From Gemmatimonadota bacterium (GTDB taxonomy: Bacteria > Gemmatimonadota > Gemmatimonadetes > Longimicrobiales > Gaopeijiaceae), in assembly GCA_007124095.1 (NCBI GenBank), contig SLFU01000209.1, positions 1 through 59,253 on the forward strand: DNA of 59,253 nucleotides, written 5' to 3'. Below, one piece after another: positions 18,088 to 27,405 of the stretch (within the stretch, counting starts at the first letter, position 1; each line of letters begins with the position of its first letter). Made by a program: the position numbers and the translations under genes. The notes below the pieces were generated by a model. That model did not search any database. It was not told the DNA's origin and was given only the letters and a program-made list of their open reading frames with translations.

Positions 18088-21000
18088 TCACAGCTCGCAG
18101 ACCTCCCCCCCCTCGAGGAAGGCGAGGGCTCCGGACACCCGCTCGGGAGGGACGTACTCCGAGCGGGCCAAGGCTCGAACGTACGATTCGAGCTGGGGCC
18201 GGTAATAGGCGGCACGATCCGCCAGGGCCCCCGGAGAACCGGATACACGATCGGTCTTCCAGTCCACTACGAGGAGTCGCGGGCCGTCGGGGCCGGGGAT
18301 CCGGATCACGCGATCCGCGACGCCCTGCACGAGTCGCCCCCCCTCACGGGAAAGAAAGGGGAGCTCCCGTTCTACTTCCGTCCCGTCCGGAAACGCCTTT
18401 CGCGAAAGCAGACGCCGGATCGCTGGGGCGCGGATCCACTTCCGGAAGCGATCGAGGAGGTCAGCGAGGTCGGGGATCGGGTGTGGCATGGACCCCGACA
18501 GTGCCCGGAGATCCTCCTCCCCCGGGATTCCATCCTCAACCCATCCGATCTCGGCGAGCCAGAGATGCACCAGGGTGCCACGGGCCATCGCCCCCCGGTC
18601 TCGGGGGCGAAGCAACACGCTCACGCCGCGGCTCCCACGCCCTTCCAGCTCGGACGGAGAGAGGTGTATGAGCCCCCGGGATCGAGGCCCGGTGGCCATC
18701 CCGATCGGCTCGGGTCCGGGAGGACCGTCCCGCCGCTCCGGGGCAAAAGGCTCGCCCCCCACCTGGGTGGTGGTCCTCCCGGCCACTTCCGCCCAGTCCG
18801 GATCTCCCGACTCCCACACGGTGCCAGGGGCCTCTCCCCCCCCCTCCCCGGGGCCGAGCCCCAGCCCTTCCCGGATGAGACCAGCCGGAGTCGGGGCGGC
18901 CTCCCGTCCCCGTTCGATCAGGAGGTGCACGGCGAAGCGCGGCCGGGTCAGGGCGACGTAGAGCCCCCCCAGCTCGTCTCGAAACCGAGCTGATTGTCGC
19001 TCACGGTCCGCATCGGCGACCTCGGGGAACAGGCTATGTAGCCCCTGCTTCACATAGGGATACACACGGGTGACGGGACCGGCCGGATGTTCCCGGCAGG
19101 GCAACGGTCCATGGTCGCGGCCGCCCGCTCGAAAGGATCGCTCGAGCTCGGGCAGGACAACGGCATCGAACTCCAGGCCCTTCGCCCCGTGGATGGTCAT
19201 GACCCTGACCAGGGCACTCCCCGGAGCCTCGACCGACACGCGGGAGGCGAGGTGGACAAAGCGGGTCGGGCGGAGGGGAGTCTCCTTCTGGTCCTGCCGG
19301 AAGGCAAGCTCGACGAGCTGACCGAGCCTGGCCCGCTCCCTCTCCGACACGTGGGGCTGCAGGGCCCGGACCCAGGTGTCGAGAACGGGACCGTAGCCCT
19401 CGAGAAGAAGCCTTCTTCGGATTTCTCCGGCCCTCTCCTCCCCCTCCCTTTCGGAGCGGAAGTCCCGGAATCCCAGTTTCGGTCCCAGGGGACTGTGGGA
19501 CACCGTATAACGAGCCAGGAGATCTCCCGGATGATCTGCCGCCCTGAGAGCGGCGAAGATCACGTGGACCGGCCAGACGTCGGTCAAGGGCGAGCCCCCT
19601 TCCTCGCTCACCTCGACTCCCGCCCGCCGGAGGAGGTTGATCATGTGCGTGACCGCCTTGCGGGTGCGGCAGAGAACGCCGACCGAGGCACCCGGGGCAC
19701 GCTCTCGAATCGCCTGAACCTCCTCCACCGCGGCGTGGAGCACTCCCTCGCGGAGCCCCCTCGCGTGTTCCTCTCCGGCGACCTCCACCACCCGGGCATA
19801 CCCGGGCGTCTCGGCTCGGGCGGCCCGATGCCGTGTGAAGCTCTCCATCCACTCGGCGGCGACCGCGCTCTGCACCGCATCCAGGATGGTGGAGCTGGGG
19901 AGTGCCTCGAACACCCGGTTGACCACGTCCAGCACGGTGGGTCCCGATCGATAGCTCTCCTCCAACGTCCGTCTCGGGAGATGCGAGCGCGCCGCGATGA
20001 AATCCAGAAGCCTCGGCTCTCCCCCGCGCCAGGCGTAGATGGACTGCTTGGGGTCGGCGACCACGACCGCCGCCCGCTCCCCGGCATATCCCTGGAATAT
20101 CTCGTCCGCGAGTGGAGCGAGGGTCCGCCACTGCAGGAGGGAGGTGTCCTGAAACTCGTCGAGGAGGAGGTGCCGGATCCGTCCATCGAGGCGGTAGAAG
20201 AGCTCGTCCCCCCTCCCCGTGGCGCCCATCTCCAGGAGGAGATGCGGAATGTCCTGAAACCGAAAGACGCCCCGGGTCTCCTGCGATCGTCGGAAGGCAG
20301 CCTCGAAGTCGGCGGCGAGCCTCCCGAGCGCCTGCGCCCGGCCCGCGAAGTCGGAATGAAGCGCGGCCCTTGCCATCCGGAGAACCGCATCGAAGAGCCC
20401 CTGGATTTCTTCCGGAATGGCGACCCGGTCGTATTCTGCCTCTCCCCCGAGAAGCTTGGCAAACACCCCCTGGGCGAAGAGGCCTTCCCAGTTCCCCCGT
20501 TGGAGCGCCTCGCCATGCTTTTCCATCGCGGCGCGCCAGCGCTTTCTGGGCGTCCCGTCGGCCCGGGTGGGAAGCTCGACTTCGGCGATGCGATCGGCCA
20601 CCGCCTCGATCTCCTCCGGACGGGGGGAGTCCGCCCCGGTGCCGGGGAATCCCCAGGGGTCCTCGGCCCCGGGATCCAGATCCCGGTAAATCTCCTGGAG
20701 CGCCGAGACGATTCCCACGAGCTCGCCGTGTACCCCCCGCCTCACCTCACCGGAGCGATACATGCGGAGGAGCTCCACCAGCTCTCCCTCGTCGGCGTGG
20801 TCCAGGAGATCGTCCACCGCCGCCAGCACGAGCCCCTCGGCCTCCCATTCATCGGCCACGCTCCAGTTGGGGGGAAGTCCCAACTCGAGCGCAAAGGTGC
20901 GCGCCACCCGGTGAAAGAAGGCATCCAGGGTGAAGATGTTCAACCGATCCAGGTCCGCCACTACCGCCTGGAGGAGCTCGCCGACCCGCGCCCGATCGAG

Positions 21001-21282
21001 GCTGGGCGCTCCCGGGAGGGACGAATGACCCGAGAGCTCTTGAAGCGCCTCACCGTCCATCTCCGCCTCGGCAAGCCGGAGGAGGACCCGATCGAGGATC
21101 TCCCCCGCGGCCTTCCGGGTGAAGGTGGACGCCAGGAGCTCCCCGGGGGACGCCCCGGCGTTCAGGAGGGCGATGATCGTGGAGGAAAGATGGTAGGTCT
21201 TCCCGGTGCCCGCCGACGCGAGGACGAGCTCCCTCGGAAAGCTCACGCCGCCCCGGACCGGGCTCCGCCCCGGATCAGCCAT
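18088..21282 (-). CDS. addA: UvrD/Rep-family helicase with C-terminal PD-(D/E)XK nuclease (AddA-like)
   Basis: Walker A ASAGTGKTYHLS, LLLDEFQDTS, C-terminal VVDWKTD..YRPQLESY nuclease motif. I prefer the start MADPGRS at 21282, which overlaps the upstream gene stop by 8 nt. The track start at 21720 lies inside the upstream gene. Confidence 0.85.
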   Translation of the reverse strand: MADPGRSPVRGGVSFPRELVLASAGTGKTYHLSSTIIALLNAGASPGELLASTFTRKAAGEILDRVLLRLAEAEMDGEALQELSGHSSLPGAPSLDRARVGELLQAVVADLDRLNIFTLDAFFHRVARTFALELGLPPNWSVADEWEAEGLVLAAVDDLLDHADEGELVELLRMYRSGEVRRGVHGELVGIVSALQEIYRDLDPGAEDPWGFPGTGADSPRPEEIEAVADRIAEVELPTRADGTPRKRWRAAMEKHGEALQRGNWEGLFAQGVFAKLLGGEAEYDRVAIPEEIQGLFDAVLRMARAALHSDFAGRAQALGRLAADFEAAFRRSQETRGVFRFQDIPHLLLEMGATGRGDELFYRLDGRIRHLLLDEFQDTSLLQWRTLAPLADEIFQGYAGERAAVVVADPKQSIYAWRGGEPRLLDFIAARSHLPRRTLEESYRSGPTVLDVVNRVFEALPSSTILDAVQSAVAAEWMESFTRHRAARAETPGYARVVEVAGEEHARGLREGVLHAAVEEVQAIRERAPGASVGVLCRTRKAVTHMINLLRRAGVEVSEEGGSPLTDVWPVHVIFAALRAADHPGDLLARYTVSHSPLGPKLGFRDFRSEREGEERAGEIRRRLLLEGYGPVLDTWVRALQPHVSERERARLGQLVELAFRQDQKETPLRPTRFVHLASRVSVEAPGSALVRVMTIHGAKGLEFDAVVLPELERSFRAGGRDHGPLPCREHPAGPVTRVYPYVKQGLHSLFPEVADADRERQSARFRDELGGLYVALTRPRFAVHLLIERGREAAPTPAGLIREGLGLGPGEGGGEAPGTVWESGDPDWAEVAGRTTTQVGGEPFAPERRDGPPGPEPIGMATGPRSRGLIHLSPSELEGRGSRGVSVLLRPRDRGAMARGTLVHLWLAEIGWVEDGIPGEEDLRALSGSMPHPIPDLADLLDRFRKWIRAPAIRRLLSRKAFPDGTEVERELPFLSREGGRLVQGVADRVIRIPGPDGPRLLVVDWKTDRVSGSPGALADRAAYYRPQLESYVRALARSEYVPPERVSGALAFLEGGEVCEL

Positions 21283-24112
21283 CCGGGGCCTCCTCAGTCC
21301 CGGGTTCCCGGAGAAGGCCGATGCCCATGAGTGGAGCCAGGGGGTCGCCGTCTCGGAGAGGTGGAGCGTCCGGATCGGGTCGAATCGGCTTCCCGGCCAG
21401 GAGGGGACGGAGCGCCGAGCGAGCCGCTTCATCCGCCGATTCCAGCTCATCCGGGACCCATTCCGCCATGCGGATTCCGATCTTCCCCAGGGCACGGGGC
21501 ACGTTGAAGTACCCCATAGCGACGGAGGTGACAGAGGATTCTCTGAGATCGAGCCCTCTGAGATAAGGCGCCAGATGACGGTAGAGGGGAAGCTGGAGAT
21601 CTGTCCAGCGTCTTTCCCGCCTGGTCCGGTGCTGCTCGTCGGGATCCCCAGCGGTCTCCGAGCTCTTGTAATCGAGGAGCCGGACTCCCAGCTCGGGGTG
21701 CCTGTCCACTCGATCCACACGTCCGGTCAGGAAGACCGTGTCATCGTCCACCGGAAAGGGCACTCCTTCGTCTGGAACCGCAGCCTCCACCGCGACGACC
21801 TCCCATCCCGTATTCCGCTCGCGCGCCTCCACCTGCGCGAGCGCCTCCAGCCGGGTCCGAAGCTGCGCAATCTGGACCCGGACCGAAGGGAGAAGCCGGG
21901 TTCCGAACTCACGGCGCACCACTTCGTCGAGTCGCTCCACGAGCCCGCGGGTCAATCGATCCGCCCGTCCCTCCGCCCGCAGGTCGGTGCCGAGCGACTC
22001 GAGGACCCGGTGTGCCAGCGTTCCGAAAGCCATCGGGTCGAGCTCCCGCCGTTCGTCCTCGACCCAGGCCGCTCCGGCCTTCCGGGTCAGAAGCCAGCGG
22101 TAGGGATCCTGGAGCAATTCCCGGAAGGCAGTCACCCGGATCTTGAACGGGGGGTCGGGAGGGAGAAGCTCGGGCTCGGGCGGACACGTTAGAATTGCTT
22201 CGCGGGGAGGAGACGTCGCCGCCGCCCGGAGTCCGGGCGGGCGGACCGGCCCCTCCTGGCGATAGTGACGAAGGATCCGGGTCGCCGCGAGCTCCGAGGG
22301 GCCCTGGAGTACGAGTGGGGAGGGACGGAGGGGATCGCCCTGGGCCGAGCGTCTTCCGGAGACGAGGAGGAATCGCATCCTGGAGCGTAGGATCGCCGTC
22401 ATCCAGTATGTGTCGCGAGCTCTCCTCTCCCGCTGCCCTTGGATCCCCAGAGCTACCCGCAACCCATCCGGCAGGAAGGGATGCGCGATCCGGGACTCCG
22501 GAAGGGATCCTTCGTTCACCCCTGTGAGCACCAGCACGGGCGCATCGTCGAGGGGCAGCTCGAGCCAGCCGAGCATCTCCACTGCGGAGTCCTCGGCCGG
22601 GGGAGGCACTGCCGCGCCCTCGATCTCCCCGAGGAGGAGGCCGAGGACCGAGGCCCCGGAGAGCTCCGGATCGGGACCGGGCACCCCCTCCTCCACTTCG
22701 TCCAGAACCCCACGGAGCGCGAGTGCGAAGGCCTCGACCTCCCGGTCCTCGGCCCGGGAGTCATCGAGGACCCGGGACCCGTAGATTGCCTCCACGAGGC
22801 CGACGACCGGATCCGTCCACTCCCGGAGCCGCCGGGGGCGCCGCAGGGGCTCGAGGAGGTCCTCCATGCTCCGCCGAAGCCGCTCCGACAGCTCCCGGCC
22901 CGGGATCCCTGCCCTGCCCGGAAAGGCCCCCGGGCCCGCCTCCTTGGGAAGCACACGCTCCCGGAAGTCGTCCAGCGCACGGATCGTTCGGTCCTGGTCG
23001 AGTCCCATCGCCCTCAGCCACGGAGCAAGCTGCGGGTGGCGGACCAGCTCCGCCAGCGCCCCGGGAGTTCCCTCCCGCAAGTACCTTGCGATCGCCGCGA
23101 GAAGGAGGTACGGACCGATCCGCGGAAACGACCGTCCCGCCGCCACCCTGGACGGGAGCCTGTGGAGGTCCAAGCGCTGCGCCAGGTACGGGACGACCTC
23201 GGCATCGGGTATTCCCACCGTGACCTCCTCGGGGGAGTAGCCTCCCTCGAGCCCGGCCAGATAGTCCATGACGCGTTCCGCCTGTGCGACCGGCGCCCCG
23301 ACCACCTCGAAATCGCCCTCCTCGATGGGCAGCGCCCGGCCGTTCCAGGACTCGGTCCGAAGGGTGCCATCCGGAAAGAAGCCGTCCGCCTCTTCCTGCG
23401 GAGCGTGCACCAACACGCGAACCGTTCCCTCGAGCGCCGAGAGCATCTCCCGGGCGCAGCGGGAGAGCTCAACCACTCCCACCAACCACACTTCTCCGGG
23501 AGAAACGAGGTTTCCCTTCCGGAGCGCGGTCCTGCGCGCCGTCTCCCGGTCCTCCCACCCCGAGCTCCGGAGCCGTCGCAGCACCCTTCGCTGTACCGCC
23601 GAGAGGACCTCCCACCGGGGGCCGTCATCGAAGAGGAGACCGGACTCGCAACGGGACGCCACATCTCGGAAGGTCAAGAGCTCCGCGCCCAACTCACGGT
23701 GCAGCCCTTCGATCACCCTGGCAATCGCCAGCCACCCCATGAAGTCGCCTCCTGCCGGTGGGCGCGAGAGGAGTAGGTGCATCTCGGAGGTCGAGAGCTC
23801 GGTCAGCTCCGCAACCCAGGCGAGCCGGGCACGCAGGGAGGGTGGAGGAGGTGCGGATGGCCGGTACAGGAGCTCGGGAAGGGTCCCGATCGTGGCCATT
23901 TGCGGGGGCCGCAACGGCTGCCCCCGAGCCTCGGCCCGCTCCGCAAGCAGTTCGCGGAACCGGCGCCCGGCCCGTCCACCCGGGGTCACGATCACGCGAT
24001 CGGAGAGAACCAGGGGCCCAGTGGACTCGAGATCCTCGAGAAGCACCCGGACTGCCGCCGGAAGCGCGGGTTCTTCCCACCCCAGGAAATCGCGCTCGAA
24101 GGAAGCGGTCAT
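21275..24112 (-). CDS. addB: PD-(D/E)XK nuclease family protein, AddB-like partner of the helicase-nuclease
   Basis: About 945 aa with a degenerate Walker A (TPGGRAGRR). The C-terminal GRVDRVDRHP..RLLDYKSSE is a RecB-type nuclease motif. It is translationally coupled to the AddA-like gene. I prefer the start MTASFERDF at 24112. Confidence 0.75.
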   Translation of the reverse strand: MTASFERDFLGWEEPALPAAVRVLLEDLESTGPLVLSDRVIVTPGGRAGRRFRELLAERAEARGQPLRPPQMATIGTLPELLYRPSAPPPPSLRARLAWVAELTELSTSEMHLLLSRPPAGGDFMGWLAIARVIEGLHRELGAELLTFRDVASRCESGLLFDDGPRWEVLSAVQRRVLRRLRSSGWEDRETARRTALRKGNLVSPGEVWLVGVVELSRCAREMLSALEGTVRVLVHAPQEEADGFFPDGTLRTESWNGRALPIEEGDFEVVGAPVAQAERVMDYLAGLEGGYSPEEVTVGIPDAEVVPYLAQRLDLHRLPSRVAAGRSFPRIGPYLLLAAIARYLREGTPGALAELVRHPQLAPWLRAMGLDQDRTIRALDDFRERVLPKEAGPGAFPGRAGIPGRELSERLRRSMEDLLEPLRRPRRLREWTDPVVGLVEAIYGSRVLDDSRAEDREVEAFALALRGVLDEVEEGVPGPDPELSGASVLGLLLGEIEGAAVPPPAEDSAVEMLGWLELPLDDAPVLVLTGVNEGSLPESRIAHPFLPDGLRVALGIQGQRERRARDTYWMTAILRSRMRFLLVSGRRSAQGDPLRPSPLVLQGPSELAATRILRHYRQEGPVRPPGLRAAATSPPREAILTCPPEPELLPPDPPFKIRVTAFRELLQDPYRWLLTRKAGAAWVEDERRELDPMAFGTLAHRVLESLGTDLRAEGRADRLTRGLVERLDEVVRREFGTRLLPSVRVQIAQLRTRLEALAQVEARERNTGWEVVAVEAAVPDEGVPFPVDDDTVFLTGRVDRVDRHPELGVRLLDYKSSETAGDPDEQHRTRRERRWTDLQLPLYRHLAPYLRGLDLRESSVTSVAMGYFNVPRALGKIGIRMAEWVPDELESADEAARSALRPLLAGKPIRPDPDAPPLRDGDPLAPLMGIGLLREPGTEEAPDG

Positions 24113-24282
24113 TGAGATCCGGTGCAGAAGGAGCGGATGGCGGGGGGGATCTCGGCCCGGAGGTGGCGGGCCCTCGGGACAGCCTCGTAGATTGCCCCGC
24201 GACGCACCTCTGGCGGCGGGCCACCAGACCGGCGCCAGCATCGCCGAGAGTTCACGATCCTGGGAGGGATGCGCGCAGCTCG

Positions 24283-24627
24283 ATGCAGAATCTCATCATT
24301 CGGTTGTTCGTGAACGCGGTGGCGCTCTGGGTGGCGGCACAGCTGGTAGGGGGCATCGACCTTCCGGGGGAGTTCTGGCCGGTCCTCCTCGTCGCTGCCG
24401 TCTTCGGGATCGTTAACGCTCTGATTCGACCCGTGCTCATCCTCCTTTCCCTCCCCTTCCTCATCCTGACCCTGGGCCTCTTCACCCTCGTCATCAACGC
24501 CCTCATGCTGATGCTCACCGCGGCCCTGATAGCTCCCCTTTCGGTCGCGAGCTTCTGGTCAGCCCTCCTCGGGAGCATCCTCATCTCGCTGGTGAGCTTC
24601 CTCTTCTCCGTCCTCCTGCCTGAATAG
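24283..24627 (+). CDS. phage-holin-family / DUF360 membrane protein
   Basis: MQNLIIRLFVNAVALWVAAQLVGGIDL..FGIVNALIRPVLILLSLPFLILTLGLFTLVINALML. The track ORF extension 23758..24282 is antisense to addB. Confidence 0.8.
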   Translation: MQNLIIRLFVNAVALWVAAQLVGGIDLPGEFWPVLLVAAVFGIVNALIRPVLILLSLPFLILTLGLFTLVINALMLMLTAALIAPLSVASFWSALLGSILISLVSFLFSVLLPE

Positions 24628-24709
24628 GACTCCGGCTGACGGTCCCGACTCGGCCGGAACCGTGGCCGGGAAGCCGGCGCCCGGCACCGAGCCTTCCCCG
24701 ACGCGGAGA

Positions 24710-25081
24710 TCAGGATTGGCAGCCCCCGCAGCGCTCGGCCTCAGGGTAGACGAGGAGGCGCCCCGGCGCCAGAGGAGCGCCGCATCCCTCGCAGAAGCCG
24801 TACCGTCCGTTTTCAATCCGCTTCAGCGCGGAAATCAAGGCGCCGTGTCTCGCCCGCTCCCGCTCCTGGAGATTTCGGGTGAGGTGCTGATTCTGGAGGG
24901 CATCCATACGGGAAAGGCGCCCGACCGCCTGCTGGTCCAGCTCGACCGGGCGACTGGCCTCATCGGTGACCGACATGCTCTTCTCGAGGCGGCGCAGCTG
25001 CCGTTCCAACTCGGCGCGCAGCTCCTCCAGGAACTCGGCGGAAAGCTCGGGATGCTCCTTCGGAGGGATCCCCTCAGTCAC
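24710..25081 (-). CDS. TraR/DksA-family C4 zinc-finger protein
   Basis: A coiled-coil N-terminus is followed by LSRMDALQ and then CEGCGAPL...ERCGGC. Confidence 0.8.
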   Translation of the reverse strand: MTEGIPPKEHPELSAEFLEELRAELERQLRRLEKSMSVTDEASRPVELDQQAVGRLSRMDALQNQHLTRNLQERERARHGALISALKRIENGRYGFCEGCGAPLAPGRLLVYPEAERCGGCQS

Positions 25082-25104
25082 GCCGCCGCCTCCCGGACTG
25101 GAGC

Positions 25105-26358
25105 TCAGTAACGGGGGAGGCTCGGATCCACTTCTTCCTGCCAGCTCAGGATCCCACCGCGAAGATTCCAGACCTTCCGGAAACCGGCCTGCTGGAGCTG
25201 CTTCAGGGCCTTAGCGCTTCGCGTGCCCCCCTGGCAGTGCAGCACGATCTCTTCGGCCGAATCCAGCTCCGAGAGGCGTTCCGGGAGGGAATCGAGCGGG
25301 ATCAGCTCGGCTCCCAGGGGACCGAGGTTCACGATCTCCCACTCGTGCGGCTCCCGAACATCCAACATGCGGAGAGAGTCGCCGCGATCGAGGCGACCTT
25401 TCAGCTCGGTCGCGGAAATGGTCGGCACATCCTCGTCCGCCGCCTCCGGACCTTCCTCATAGGCAGGAACCCCACAGAACTCGAGGTAGTCAATGAGCTC
25501 GGTGACCGTGGGCTCATCTCCACACACCGGACAATCCGCGTTCTTCCGCAAGGTGAGGGTGCGCCACTCGAGGGCGAGGGCATCGAAGAGGAGGAGTCGG
25601 CCGATCAGCGGATCACCCTTCCCCAGGATCAGCTTGATCGTCTCGAGCGCCTGGAGAACGCCGATGATCCCCGGGAGCACCCCGAGCACCCCGCCCTCTG
25701 CGCAGCTCGGGACCATTCCGGGGGGTGGGGGTTCCCGGAAGAGGCATCGGTAGCAGGGGCCGTGGCGGGCGTCGAAGACCGAGACCTGCCCCTCGAACCG
25801 AAATATCGATCCGTAGACATTCGGCTTCCCGAGGAGGACACAGGCGTCGTTGACGAGATAACGGGTCGGGAAGTTGTCCGTCCCGTCCACCACCACGTCG
25901 TACGGCTCGAAGAGCTCGAGCGCGTTGTCGCTCGTAAGACGAAGCTCATGTCGATCGACCTGGACGTGAGGGTTCACGTCCTTCAACCGCTCCGTCGCGG
26001 AATCCAGCTTCGATCGGCCAATGTCCTTCGTTCCGTAGAGGATCTGACGCTGGAGGTTGGTGTGGTCGACCACGTCGTATTCCACGATCCCGATGCGTCC
26101 CACTCCGGCTGCAGCGAGGTAGAGCCCAAGGGGCGACCCCAAACCACCTGCACCCACCATCAGGACACTGGCGTCCTTCAGACGCCGCTGCCCCTCCATC
26201 CCGACCTCGGGCATGATGAGATGGCGGGAATACCGCTCGATCTCTTCGTTACTCAGTCCCGGCAACTCCCGGCCCGACCCGATTGCCCACGGTGGGGAAC
26301 CCCCGTTCTCGCTCGACGGACGAATCGGCGTCTCGGTCCCACTCTCGGATGCACTCAC
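25105..26358 (-). CDS. moeZ: MoeB/ThiF-type E1 adenylyltransferase fused to a rhodanese domain (MoeZ-type)
   Basis: YSRHLIMPEVGMEGQRRL..VLMVGAGGLGSPLGLYLAAAGVG..DHTNLQRQ..CYRC...CPVC. The C-terminal rhodanese carries the active-site loop CQGGTRS. Confidence 0.88.
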   Translation of the reverse strand: MSASESGTETPIRPSSENGGSPPWAIGSGRELPGLSNEEIERYSRHLIMPEVGMEGQRRLKDASVLMVGAGGLGSPLGLYLAAAGVGRIGIVEYDVVDHTNLQRQILYGTKDIGRSKLDSATERLKDVNPHVQVDRHELRLTSDNALELFEPYDVVVDGTDNFPTRYLVNDACVLLGKPNVYGSIFRFEGQVSVFDARHGPCYRCLFREPPPPGMVPSCAEGGVLGVLPGIIGVLQALETIKLILGKGDPLIGRLLLFDALALEWRTLTLRKNADCPVCGDEPTVTELIDYLEFCGVPAYEEGPEAADEDVPTISATELKGRLDRGDSLRMLDVREPHEWEIVNLGPLGAELIPLDSLPERLSELDSAEEIVLHCQGGTRSAKALKQLQQAGFRKVWNLRGGILSWQEEVDPSLPRY

Positions 26359-26373
26359 GAACCCTTTCTCACC

Positions 26374-27099
26374 TCAGATGTTGTGGAGCCCACACTCCAA
26401 TCGCACACTCCCGCGCCACCGCCCCGCCCGCTCGTGCTCACCAGGTTTGACCGGTGTCGTGAGCGGCGCGTCCCCTATGCTAGGATAACCCTTGTCGTGA
26501 AGGGGGTGATAGGGGAGGTCGTGACTCCGTATGAAATCCCATACCCGATCTCTCGTCCACCCTGCCAGCGGATTGATCTTGAGCCAGGTGCCCCGTTCGA
26601 GCACCGGAAGTTCCGCACGTGAGGGGGACTGATCTCGCCTCCGCCCCGTGATCCAACCATCCACCTCCCGCAGCGCCTTCCGCATCGGATCCTGTTTGGT
26701 CAGGCGATGATAGAGTTCGGCATCGCGCTCCCAGAGCCGAGGCCCATGGACCGCCTCGAAGGCCTCGCGCGAAGGCGCCGGCCGGTACACACGGAGATCG
26801 AGATCGTAGAGATCCCGCATCCGTTCGGCGTGCTCCAGGGTTTCCGGAAAGTGGTAGAGCGTGTCGATGAAGATGACCGGGAGGCGGATCCCCTCCTGGG
26901 ACAGGAGATGAATCAGAACCATCCCCCCAACCCCGAAGGTCGAGGAGAGGGCAACCCTTCCTTCCGGGAGGGCGTCGTCGGCCCAGCGAAGCGCCTCCCT
27001 CGGGTCCGCGCCGGCGAAGCGCCGATTTCGCGCGTCGACCTCTCTGGGACTCAGTTCCAACGCCGGGAGGGCAGTCGTATCGGTGGTCGTGCCCGTCAT
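26374..27099 (-). CDS. cysH: phosphoadenosine phosphosulfate (PAPS) reductase
   Basis: SSTFGVGGMVLIHLL..IFIDTLYHFPETL..KINPLAGWT.. with a C-terminal ECGLH. The CC..CxxC Fe-S motif of APS reductases is absent. GGAAGGAG lies upstream of the ATG. Confidence 0.9.
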   Translation of the reverse strand: MTGTTTDTTALPALELSPREVDARNRRFAGADPREALRWADDALPEGRVALSSTFGVGGMVLIHLLSQEGIRLPVIFIDTLYHFPETLEHAERMRDLYDLDLRVYRPAPSREAFEAVHGPRLWERDAELYHRLTKQDPMRKALREVDGWITGRRRDQSPSRAELPVLERGTWLKINPLAGWTRDRVWDFIRSHDLPYHPLHDKGYPSIGDAPLTTPVKPGEHERAGRWRGSVRLECGLHNI

Positions 27100-27164
27100 C
27101 TGTCTCCTTCCGTGAAGTTCCAGCGGTGGATGGCCAGAGGGCTCTCCACCTGATCCGTAGTACG

Positions 27165-27197
27165 AAAAAAGCCCCGACCTCTCTGCGAGGTCGGGGC
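27165..27197 (-). terminator. intrinsic terminator in the cysH leader (attenuator A)
   Basis: Minus strand: GCCCCGACCTC-gcaga-GAGGTCGGGGC followed by TTTTTT. It ends 65 nt upstream of the cysH ATG and starts 28 nt after the stop of the Cys-rich leader ORF. Confidence 0.8.
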
Positions 27198-27225
27198 CGA
27201 AGATTCAGCGCGATGTCTCTTGTGT

Positions 27226-27312
27226 CTACGCGCAACACCTCCCGGACCCACCCCGCAGGGGGATCTGACAGCAGCAGCACATAGCACAGCAAAGAGTGAA
27301 AGCGCGCTTCAT
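27226..27312 (-). CDS. Cys-codon-rich leader peptide (28 aa) of the cysH-moeZ operon
   Basis: Hand translation gives ATG AAG CGC GCT TTC ACT CTT TGC TGT GCT ATG TGC TGC TGC TGT CAG ATC CCC CTG CGG GGT GGG TCC GGG AGG TGT TGC GCG TAG, which is MKRAFTLCCAMCCCCQIPLRGGSGRCCA (8 Cys of 28). GAGGA lies just upstream. There is an alternative internal start at 27282. Confidence 0.55.
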   Translation of the reverse strand: MKRAFTLCCAMCCCCQIPLRGGSGRCCA

Positions 27313-27405
27313 TTTCCTCGTCGACTCCCAGGTCGTTGAAATCGGAGAGTGAGCAGACGAACCAGCTTCTCTCGGTGAGGAGTTTATCCGCATCCCCGGA
27401 TCAGG

